IMG/VR virus record: IMGVR_UViG_3300033978_000457
Location: 36,126-100,125 of that record
Length of the DNA stretch: 64,000 bases
Direction: 5' to 3' (one strand)
From: a virus
Shown: piece by piece, positions 20,245 through 28,605 of the stretch
How positions within the stretch are numbered: position 1 is the stretch's first letter
Layout of the letters: every line of letters starts with the position of its first letter
The notes under the pieces: generated by a model
Databases searched by the model: none
Told to the model about the DNA's origin: nothing
The model's input: only the letters and a program-made list of their open reading frames with translations
Translations under genes and position numbers: made by a program

Positions 20245-21486
20245 TTAAAAAGAGTGCCAATTTTCAAACCCTTTAATATAGAGCTTTTTAAATTTATCTA
20301 TATCATAGAAGTATTCTTTACCAGTTTTTGGCTCACTAGACAAGTCCATATTATTAATTGAGAATGGAACGCTAGCATGAACATACCAATCCTCATAGCT
20401 TTTATCTTCATAGAATGATATATCAGAGACGACTAGTTTATAGTTCTTAGATTTTAAATATTCTCTAGACTTCTCACGTATTTCTTGATTTTCATAATGA
20501 TTGTGCTCAAAAGTAATAGCTTTAAATTTATATTGATCAAATGGAATTTTTAATAGAACATCCATAGAGAGACTCTGCGGAGGGTCTATATCTATTTGTA
20601 GGTAATCTATCACTTTTGGCGCATTTTGCTCAGAAAGTAATTGAACATAGTCTATTTTAAGAGCATCTGTTTGTAGACACAAATTATCTCTTAAAGCTCT
20701 AAATCTTTGTGTTGGACTAAATGCTAAATCTATAGAGATGCCCTTCCAATCAAACTCTCTCTCTAATAAACAAGTATTGCTGTGCAGCTCTGGGTCACCA
20801 CTACCTATTTCTAAATAAAACCCATCTTTTTTTCCTTTAGCTACTAGAAGTGCAAATAAATCTTGGTGAGATTGAGCATAGCTTTTTTGTATATTTTCCG
20901 CGCCCTCAAAAGTTCTTTTTAGTGCAGAAGCTACTAAAGGGCTGTGCCTTGTATAAGCATTAGGGTTACCTACCTGAAGAACATTATATTTTATGAGGTT
21001 TTTGTAGAAAGGAGAAAATTTATCACTATGTACATCCAAACAATGAATTATTTCTCTAGACTCGTCTGTATTGCCTATCCACCAAGCAGATACTGCTTTT
21101 TCAAAAAATAGTCTATAATCTTTCTGCTCACATTTATCAAAACCTACAGAAGCAACCATGTAACAGTCGTGCCATCTTTGCTTTTGTTCGTAAAATTGAG
21201 ATAGAATAAAATAAGGTTCTGGGTTGTTGGGGTCTAGAGCTACTGCTCGTTTTAATAGGCCTTCTACTGTGCCCTCTCTACCGCCCGCTGCCATAAAGTT
21301 TCTAGCTGCCCCGCTTATAGCTGTATATACTTTTTTACGGTCATTGCCCGCAATATCTGCTGCTTTTAGATAGTGCGTTACTGCAGAGGCTAGCTGCCCT
21401 ATTTTTTCATAATAGTTGGCTAAATTTATGTTTGCCTCAAAACTGTATGGGCTACGTATGTATGTATTAATTAAATCTTGGGTCAT
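20245..21486 (-). CDS. TPR repeats + FkbM-type SAM methyltransferase
   Basis: N-terminal TPR-like helices; SQSHQD-like motif, YLEIGS, DYLQIDID, TFEH. Confidence 0.8.
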   Translation of the reverse strand: MTQDLINTYIRSPYSFEANINLANYYEKIGQLASAVTHYLKAADIAGNDRKKVYTAISGAARNFMAAGGREGTVEGLLKRAVALDPNNPEPYFILSQFYEQKQRWHDCYMVASVGFDKCEQKDYRLFFEKAVSAWWIGNTDESREIIHCLDVHSDKFSPFYKNLIKYNVLQVGNPNAYTRHSPLVASALKRTFEGAENIQKSYAQSHQDLFALLVAKGKKDGFYLEIGSGDPELHSNTCLLEREFDWKGISIDLAFSPTQRFRALRDNLCLQTDALKIDYVQLLSEQNAPKVIDYLQIDIDPPQSLSMDVLLKIPFDQYKFKAITFEHNHYENQEIREKSREYLKSKNYKLVVSDISFYEDKSYEDWYVHASVPFSINNMDLSSEPKTGKEYFYDIDKFKKLYIKGFENWHSF

Positions 21487-22441
21487 ATAAACATTCCTCA
21501 GGCATTTTTAAAATGAAGGCACTATTGTCTTGGAATCCGAAACTTATTAGAACATTCCCGTTTTTAAAAGCTAATCCACAGCAAAATTCTATTTCACAAT
21601 CCATAAAAGAAAAGCATTTCTTTGATACGCTAACTACTTTTAAATCTTTGTCGTAAAAAACTATTCTATGTCTATACTTAGCGTTTTTGCTGCCAAGCTC
21701 ACTATTAAATAGGTATACTTCGTGAGTTATACTTACATATCCGTCTCTAAACGGTACTACATGGGAGCTTCCTCTTAAATCAGCACATGTTTCTATATTG
21801 CTATGGTGTATAGCTACTTGTTTAGTTATGCCATCTTTATACTCTACTATTTCAGTAGGACTATGCCATTTTACATAAGTTATTTCTGGCTTACCTAAAA
21901 CTACTGCCCAGTTCTTTTCACAGTAAGATTCTACTAGCCCAGGTGTAGGTATTCTTTGTCTAGATACTTCCTTACATACTCCATCGATATACTCTAACTC
22001 TGAGAGTTCCATACGACCTTCACCGTTAGTTGTAGTATCCCTTCTAACGCCAGTTATATAAAATTTACCCTCGTGTTTAAACAACCTACCATCCTCTAGG
22101 CCAACGAACTCCCATATAGGGTCCTTGTCAAGGGCGCTAGTATCTATTTTAGAATAATTTAAAATATTTAGATCATCGTCTAACTCTGCAAAATAATTGA
22201 AGGTTCTTAAGTACGGGTCTGCTTCTGGGTGTAAATACTGTAACGGGCCATATAAATGGTAAAATTTTTGACTTTCGCTATGATATAGAATATAATTCAA
22301 TACTCTAATGTTGACGTAAGTTTTATCCCCATCAACGAACACAGAGGGGTTCATAATACCCATCCCATTAGTTTCTTGGCTGGGCAGAATTAATTGCTTT
22401 ACCGTTCCCCCATTGTCTAGGGCTAACTGTGCTAAGTTCAT
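21467..22441 (-). CDS. five-bladed beta-propeller glycosidase-like protein
   Basis: MNPS, GLEDGRL, EKNW, LRGSS, IEFCCGL, SFGFQD blade motifs. Confidence 0.7.
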   Translation of the reverse strand: MNLAQLALDNGGTVKQLILPSQETNGMGIMNPSVFVDGDKTYVNIRVLNYILYHSESQKFYHLYGPLQYLHPEADPYLRTFNYFAELDDDLNILNYSKIDTSALDKDPIWEFVGLEDGRLFKHEGKFYITGVRRDTTTNGEGRMELSELEYIDGVCKEVSRQRIPTPGLVESYCEKNWAVVLGKPEITYVKWHSPTEIVEYKDGITKQVAIHHSNIETCADLRGSSHVVPFRDGYVSITHEVYLFNSELGSKNAKYRHRIVFYDKDLKVVSVSKKCFSFMDCEIEFCCGLAFKNGNVLISFGFQDNSAFILKMPEECLYDPRFN

Positions 22442-23175
22442 ATTGAAATCCTTTGTAAATCTATATTATTATTTTTCCACCAATTTAGTATAAACTCATG
22501 TGAGTCATGGTGTAGTGGGCCTTGTCCGTCATACATTACTAATTCTGTGCCTTTATATGTAGACTTGCAATTAACTGTGTCTTCAACAAATAGTGGAAAT
22601 ATGTAAACATTACTATTACTTGGGTCAAGTATAACATTTTCTACTATAGGCAGAAATGATGTTTTTAAGTCTACACAGAAATTATTAGGGGCTATTACAT
22701 GCTGATCTATTACTTTCTTTGCGTAAGAACGCTTTACTATAAAAGCTGCAATACACCAATCATTCCAATTTCTACTTCTTATCTTTGTAGGAGTTTCTAG
22801 CCCCTCTCCGACATTTACTAATTGTATTGCTTCCCAGTTCGTTGGTAATATACTAATAAACTCTTTTAAAGTAAATTTCCAATAATCTAAAGTTTCAAAA
22901 GAAACATCGTCCTCCATTATTATACAGAAGTCGTCTTGGCAAGTATTATACCAATCGTATAAATTATAAAGGTGAGACGCTATAGGCCCATAGCTATTGC
23001 TATGTAGCGCCTGTAACGTCTCACCCTTTAAGCTAAAATCACTTGTCTCAAATCTTTCACAAATAATGAATTTATAGTTATTAGTATATTTATTAATTTG
23101 TCTTACAAAATTATCGCGTCTGTCAGCAGACTCTCTTAGAGTTATAACTCTTATTGTAGGCAGATTATCTAACAA
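22438..23175 (-). CDS. glycosyltransferase family 25
   Basis: I.L..S.DRR, G...SH, IIMEDD. Confidence 0.8.
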   Translation of the reverse strand: MLDNLPTIRVITLRESADRRDNFVRQINKYTNNYKFIICERFETSDFSLKGETLQALHSNSYGPIASHLYNLYDWYNTCQDDFCIIMEDDVSFETLDYWKFTLKEFISILPTNWEAIQLVNVGEGLETPTKIRSRNWNDWCIAAFIVKRSYAKKVIDQHVIAPNNFCVDLKTSFLPIVENVILDPSNSNVYIFPLFVEDTVNCKSTYKGTELVMYDGQGPLHHDSHEFILNWWKNNNIDLQRISI

Positions 23176-23189
23176 GTTATCCTTTGATT

Positions 23190-25346
23190 TTATGGTTTTT
23201 CTACTGCTTTTGCTGCTTCGGCTGCTGCAACTGCTGCTGCTTCTGCAGCTACTCTTGCTGCTTCTTCGGCTGCTGCAACTGCTGCTGCTTCTGCTTCTGC
23301 AGCTACTCGTGCTGCTTCTTCAGCTGCTGCAACTGCTGCTGCTTCTTCTGCCGCTTTTGCTGCTAAAGCTGCTTCTGCAGCTGCTACTTGTTCAGCTAGT
23401 GCTACTTCTGCGGCTATTCTAGCTGCTTCGGCCGCTTCTACTGCTGCTGCTTGTTCTGCTGCAATTCTTGCTTCTTCAGCTGCTCGTGCTGCTTCTTCGG
23501 CTGCTATTCTTGCTGCCTCGGCGGCTGCTACCTCTTCAGCGGCTACTCGTGCGGCTTCAGCTTCTGCTGCTAATCGTGCTGCTTCTTCGGCTGCTGTTGC
23601 CTCTTCAGCGGCTACTCGTGCTGCTTCAGCTTCTACCGCTAATCGTGCTGCTTCTTCGGCTGCTGTTGCCTCTTCAGCGGCTACTCGTGCTGCTTCAGCT
23701 TCTGCCGCTAATCGTGCTGCTTCTTCAGCTGCTATTCGTGCTGCCTCGGCTGCTGCTGCCTCTTCGGCGACTACTCGCGCTGCTTCGGCTTCTGCTGCTA
23801 ATCGTGCTGCTTCTGCTAATGCTGCTTCTTCGGCTGCTATTCTTGCTGCCTCGGCGGCTGCTACCTCTTCAGCGGCTACTCGTGCGGCTTCAGCTTCTGC
23901 TGCTAATCGTGCTGCTTCGGCTTCTGCTGCTAATCGTGCTACCTCTTCAGCGGCTACTCGTGCGGCTTCAGCTTCTGCTGCTAATCGTGCTGCTTCGGCT
24001 TCTGCTGCTAATCGTGCTACTTCTTCGGCTGCTGCTTCTTCGGCTGTTATTCTTGCTGCCTCGGCGGCTGCTACCTCTTCAGCGGCTACTCGTGCGGCTT
24101 CAGCTTCTGCTGCTAATCGTGCTGCTTCGGCTTCTGCTGCTAATCGTGCTACTTCTTCGGCTGCTGCTGCTGCCTCTTCAGCGGCTACTCGTGCTGCTTC
24201 AGCTTCTGCTGCTAATCGTGCTGCTTCTGCTAATGCTGCTTCTTCGGCTGCTATTCTTGCTGCCTCGGCGGCTGCTACCTCTTCAGCGGCTACTCGTGCG
24301 GCTTCAGCTTCTGCTGCTAATCGTGCTGCTTCTTCGGCTGCTGCTGCCTCTTCGGCGGCTACTCGCGCTGCTTCGGCTTCTGCTGCTAATCGTGCTGCTT
24401 CTTCGGCTGCTATTCGTGCTGCCTCAACTGCTGCTGCTTCTTCGGCGGCTACTCGCGCTGCTTCTATAGCTACTCTTGCTGCCTCAACTGCTGCTGCTTC
24501 TTCAGCTGCTACACGAGCTGCTTCAACCGCCTCTAGTCGTGCTGCTTCTTCTGCTGCTATACGAGTTACTTCAGCAGCTGCTGCTTCTTCTGCTGCTACA
24601 CGAGCTGCTTCAATTGCTGCTGCTACACGAGCTGCTTCAGCTGCTGCTGCTTCAGCTGCTGCACGTTCTTCAGCTTCTTTAGCAGCTTTCTTTTGTTGTT
24701 TTCGAGTTTCTGATTCTTCTACGTTTGCAGACTCAGCAACTTTTTTAGCTTCTTGAATAAGTTTTGTAGCAAAAGTTGATGCTTTTAAATCTGCCTCTTT
24801 TTTAAGAAAATCAGCTGCTTTTGCAACTAAATCAGCAGCTTCTTGTTTCCGCTCATTTATCTTAGCTAATAGGCCGCTAACCATCTTTTCTAGGTCGCGT
24901 ACTTCTTCTAGTACTTCATTTGCTTTTAGAGTAGCTTTAGCTGCTTTATGAGTAACTTCTTCAATTTGTTTTTCCTTTTTATTTTCTTTGCTAAAATCTT
25001 CTTCTTCCATTTTTTTAGTTGGAGTATTGATGAACATATCTAATAAATTAAAAGGTTTTAAAATACCTTTACCGTCTAAGTATTGAACTGGCACAGTTAA
25101 AAATCCATTTGAATTTTGTACAGGAGCAGTTACTATGAACGCGGCATAAGCTTTTTTATTATCTGACTGAAATAAAATTGTATCTCCAACAAAAATATCT
25201 TCTTCGCTTAAAGAATTAAAGTCCTCATCTTTATGGTCTAAAAAAATAAAATTAGCTTCTTTTATTTCTGTTGCATTTAGTCTAAAGGACCCAAGTCCTG
25301 GGTCTCCTGGGTTTATGTAGTCACTATATCTAAATAATCTTTTCAT
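23190..25346 (-). CDS. globular domain + long Ala/Glu/Arg helical repeat protein
   Basis: About 490 aa of EAAR(L/V/I)AAE repeats after a 110 aa beta-rich domain. Confidence 0.85.
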   Translation of the reverse strand: MKRLFRYSDYINPGDPGLGSFRLNATEIKEANFIFLDHKDEDFNSLSEEDIFVGDTILFQSDNKKAYAAFIVTAPVQNSNGFLTVPVQYLDGKGILKPFNLLDMFINTPTKKMEEEDFSKENKKEKQIEEVTHKAAKATLKANEVLEEVRDLEKMVSGLLAKINERKQEAADLVAKAADFLKKEADLKASTFATKLIQEAKKVAESANVEESETRKQQKKAAKEAEERAAAEAAAAEAARVAAAIEAARVAAEEAAAAEVTRIAAEEAARLEAVEAARVAAEEAAAVEAARVAIEAARVAAEEAAAVEAARIAAEEAARLAAEAEAARVAAEEAAAAEEAARLAAEAEAARVAAEEVAAAEAARIAAEEAALAEAARLAAEAEAARVAAEEAAAAAEEVARLAAEAEAARLAAEAEAARVAAEEVAAAEAARITAEEAAAEEVARLAAEAEAARLAAEAEAARVAAEEVARLAAEAEAARLAAEAEAARVAAEEVAAAEAARIAAEEAALAEAARLAAEAEAARVVAEEAAAAEAARIAAEEAARLAAEAEAARVAAEEATAAEEAARLAVEAEAARVAAEEATAAEEAARLAAEAEAARVAAEEVAAAEAARIAAEEAARAAEEARIAAEQAAAVEAAEAARIAAEVALAEQVAAAEAALAAKAAEEAAAVAAAEEAARVAAEAEAAAVAAAEEAARVAAEAAAVAAAEAAKAVEKP
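23210..24670. repeat. coding tandem repeats (AEAARLAAE-type units)
   Basis: Repeated gcttctgctgctaatcgtgct / cttcagcggctactcgtgc blocks. Confidence 0.9.
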
Positions 25347-25378
25347 GTTTTTCCTATAGATAATAAATTATCTCTTTG

Positions 25379-25534
25379 TCATACTATTCTTGAAAAATAA
25401 GTTCCGTTTTGTCCTATTAGCATAAACGGTGGAGAAGTGCCGCCACCACTTACAGGTAACTTACTAAATGGTAGTAAACCAGAAGGTAGTCTAGGAGGTA
25501 AGAAAAATCTAGGACGAAATACTCCGTTGCTCAT
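25379..25534 (-). CDS. small Pro-rich hypothetical protein
   Basis: Manual ORF MSNGVFRPRFFLPPRLPSGLLP... Confidence 0.4.
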   Translation of the reverse strand: MSNGVFRPRFFLPPRLPSGLLPFSKLPVSGGGTSPPFMLIGQNGTYFSRIV

Positions 25535-25554
25535 CGTATTCTACCCTTCTTTAT

Positions 25555-26025
25555 TTACGAAACTTCTTCGAACCAAATAGTTCCGCTTACGGTAATACTG
25601 TCTGCTGGTGTAGTTTCAAGTTCCAGTGTCCAGCGATCTCCAGCTTTTATATATGGGCGCGTTTCGGGCGTATATATCATCATATACGGAACACGAACGT
25701 TCCAAACATGGTCTTCTAATTCTGTAATAGTACCAGCCGTCATTTTAGTTGTGTTATTTACTTCGATAGTAGCACCACATGCTGTGTCGTCTACACCTAG
25801 AGGGGCAGCAGTAGGCACAGTGCCACCGCTACCTGTAGTGGATCCAACACCTCGGTTACAGGTAAGGACAAGGCCTTCTTCCTGTGCATCCCCTACTTCC
25901 GTTGATTGGGAAATAGACCAAGCATGTACTTTTATTGGTTTATTTGTTCCCGCTAAGACTTCAAAGAAATCTTGCTGAGCGGTAACTGCTATTGATTTAA
26001 AAACTGCAGTATACATTCTTCCCAT
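25555..26025 (-). CDS. putative structural beta-sandwich protein
   Basis: Thr/Gly-rich beta-type sequence in the fibre operon. Confidence 0.6.
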   Translation of the reverse strand: MGRMYTAVFKSIAVTAQQDFFEVLAGTNKPIKVHAWSISQSTEVGDAQEEGLVLTCNRGVGSTTGSGGTVPTAAPLGVDDTACGATIEVNNTTKMTAGTITELEDHVWNVRVPYMMIYTPETRPYIKAGDRWTLELETTPADSITVSGTIWFEEVS

Positions 26026-26029
26026 ATTT

Positions 26030-26785
26030 TTACCTCATTAGTAAATGTTGAAATACATTATTAATTCTTGCCTCAATTGGCAGCCCAAATTTTTCTTGCC
26101 CAGTGTCTCTCAGGACACAGACTACAGATGCCCAACTCTCATTACCCGCATTTTGCCCAGTGGTTGACGCAGCTATATCAACAGCTCCAGAAGTCCAATT
26201 TACGCTCATTAAACCTACACGAGAATCAGCCGTCTCTACAATACTTGACTGAATAAAATTATTTACAGATGCAATGGTCCAAGCAGTTGTCAAACTATTT
26301 CCTGCGGCGCCTCCAGCAGCAACAACAACAGCTCCAGTTGTTGTTGGTGTTATACTAGGAGGATTTACTCTAGAAGAGCCTGCCCCTGCAGAACCTGCAG
26401 TAGCCGTTCCATTAAATGGTTGAGTTAAACTAATTCCTCGCCAAACATGAATAGCATAGGCTCCCCCATCTTCAATATTTCCAGTTGGTCCTATTAATAC
26501 TTGTGTATCAGGCGTTGCAGGCATAAATTTGTAATATAAACTTAACCTTGTATTATTATTATCAGTGCCATTTGCGGTACCAATTAATATATATCCTGAA
26601 GTTGCAATGCTAGGCGTTGCAGGCGTACCTCCAGATGCATAGTTAATAGCAACAATAACTAAATCATTTGCAGAAACTCCAGCATCGCTGCCCCCAGTTA
26701 GACCGGAGTTGAGGGCAACTGTTGTGTCTCCAGTAGTTGCCCCTAAGAACCCTGCGGTTTTGCCTCCTACGTATGAAATGGCCAT
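26030..26785 (-). CDS. putative fibre-associated beta protein
   Basis: MAISYVG N-terminus, G/T/A-rich. Confidence 0.6.
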   Translation of the reverse strand: MAISYVGGKTAGFLGATTGDTTVALNSGLTGGSDAGVSANDLVIVAINYASGGTPATPSIATSGYILIGTANGTDNNNTRLSLYYKFMPATPDTQVLIGPTGNIEDGGAYAIHVWRGISLTQPFNGTATAGSAGAGSSRVNPPSITPTTTGAVVVAAGGAAGNSLTTAWTIASVNNFIQSSIVETADSRVGLMSVNWTSGAVDIAASTTGQNAGNESWASVVCVLRDTGQEKFGLPIEARINNVFQHLLMR

Positions 26786-26788
26786 TTA

Positions 26789-28564
26789 TTACGTTCCAAT
26801 CAGAGTTACTTTTAGCCCTTTTGCCGTGCCGTCACCAATTTGATCAACATCTATAGTAATTTCAGCATCGTCTGCTAATGATGTATCTGATATTACTGCT
26901 GCGGTAGCAGCAGTAGTTGAGGTTTTTTCTGTATTATCAATAGTTAGTTTAGTTGATAATATACTAGTGGCTTCTTCGTTGACATCTACTGTAAAAATAT
27001 TACCAGATGTTTGGGCTACGTTTAAATTTCCTCTAATACTTGTAAGTGTCATTGCAAAAGGCATACGGAAAGTAACTTTACTTGTACCTGCTGTAATTGC
27101 TGTAGTTTCATCACTAGCTGCAATTATGAGTATTTTAGAGTTTACAGGTCCTTGGGTGCCTTGCGCACCTGTAGTACCTTGAATGCTTGCTCCTGTAGTA
27201 CCTTGAATACCTTGAGTACCAATTATGCCTTGAATACCTTGACTACCAGCACCTGTAATGCCTTGAGTACCTTGCGCACCTGTAATACCCTGAATACCAG
27301 CACCTGCAGTGCCTTGAGTACCTTGAGTACCAGCACCTGCAATACCCTGAATACCTTGAGCACCTGCAGTGCCTTGAGTACCTTGACTACCAGCACCTGC
27401 AATACCCTGAATACCTTGAGTACCGGCACCTGTAATACCTTGAGTACCTTGAGTACCTTGAGTACCCGTGTTACCTGTTATACCTTGAGTACCTGTATTG
27501 CCTGTTGTACCCTGAGTACCTTGAGCACCAGTGTTACCTGTTGTACCCTGAGTACCAGTGTTACCAGTGTTACCTGTTGTACCCTGAGTACCTTGACGGC
27601 CTTGAATACCTTGAGCACCTTGGACACCTTGAGTACCCTGTGGACCTTGAGTGCCTTGTATACCTTGAGAACCAGTTATACCCTGAGTACCGGCACCTGT
27701 AATACCTTGAATACCTTGAGCACCCTGAGAACCAGTTATACCTTGAATACCTTGAGTACCAGCGCCTGTAGTGCCTTGAATACCTTGAGTACCTTGAATA
27801 CCTGTAATACCTTGACTACCAGCACCTGTAATACCTTGGGTGCCTTGAGTACCAGCGCCCATAGTACCTTGCATACCTTGGGAACCAGTTATGCCTTGAA
27901 TACCTTGAGAACCAGCACCTGTAGTGCCTTGAATACCTTGAGTACCTTGAATACCTGTAATACCTTGACTACCAGCACCTGTAATACCTTGGGTGCCTTG
28001 AGTACCAGCGCCCATAGTACCTTGCGTACCTTGGGAACCAGTTATGCCTTGAATACCTTGAGAACCAGCACCTGTAGCGCCCTGAGAACCTGTAGTGCCT
28101 TGACGGCCTTGAGTACCTTGACTACCAGCACCTGTAATACCTTGGGTGCCTTGAGTACCAGCGCCCATAGTACCTTGCGTACCTTGGAAACCAGTTATGC
28201 CTTGAATACCTTGAGAACCAGCACCTGTAATGCCTTGGGTACCTTGAGTACCTATGGTGCCTTGTGTACCTTGACGGCCTTGAGTGCCTTGAGTGCCTTG
28301 AATACCTTGAGTGCCTATAGTACCTTGGACACCGCTAGCGCCTTGAGTCCCTTCGACGCCTTGACTTCCTGTAGTACCTTGAGTACCGGCGCCTGTAGTA
28401 CCTTGAGTACCTTGTGCGCCGGCACCCCCACCTTGAATTCCTTGAATACCTTGACTTCCTGTTACACCATTTGCGCTCCATACAGTACCATTCCAAACGT
28501 ATCTAGTACCGTTTGGGGCAATATATTGATCATCTATGCTTGGAGAATTAGGAAAATTTATCAA
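26789..28564 (-). CDS. collagen-like protein (G-X-Q/G-X-T) with C-terminal globular domain
   Basis: About 440 aa of [12 protein letters not shown] triplets; N-terminal FPNSP..YVWNGTVW. Confidence 0.9.
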   Translation of the reverse strand: MINFPNSPSIDDQYIAPNGTRYVWNGTVWSANGVTGSQGIQGIQGGGAGAQGTQGTTGAGTQGTTGSQGVEGTQGASGVQGTIGTQGIQGTQGTQGRQGTQGTIGTQGTQGITGAGSQGIQGITGFQGTQGTMGAGTQGTQGITGAGSQGTQGRQGTTGSQGATGAGSQGIQGITGSQGTQGTMGAGTQGTQGITGAGSQGITGIQGTQGIQGTTGAGSQGIQGITGSQGMQGTMGAGTQGTQGITGAGSQGITGIQGTQGIQGTTGAGTQGIQGITGSQGAQGIQGITGAGTQGITGSQGIQGTQGPQGTQGVQGAQGIQGRQGTQGTTGNTGNTGTQGTTGNTGAQGTQGTTGNTGTQGITGNTGTQGTQGTQGITGAGTQGIQGIAGAGSQGTQGTAGAQGIQGIAGAGTQGTQGTAGAGIQGITGAQGTQGITGAGSQGIQGIIGTQGIQGTTGASIQGTTGAQGTQGPVNSKILIIAASDETTAITAGTSKVTFRMPFAMTLTSIRGNLNVAQTSGNIFTVDVNEEATSILSTKLTIDNTEKTSTTAATAAVISDTSLADDAEITIDVDQIGDGTAKGLKVTLIGT

Positions 28565-28605
28565 TTATTTTACCTTATAGAAAAATATAAAATTTTTCTT
28601 TCTTT

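Noticed and set aside
23184-24682. Plus-strand poly-Leu and poly-Cys ORFs
   Set aside because: Antisense shadows of the Ala/Glu repeat gene
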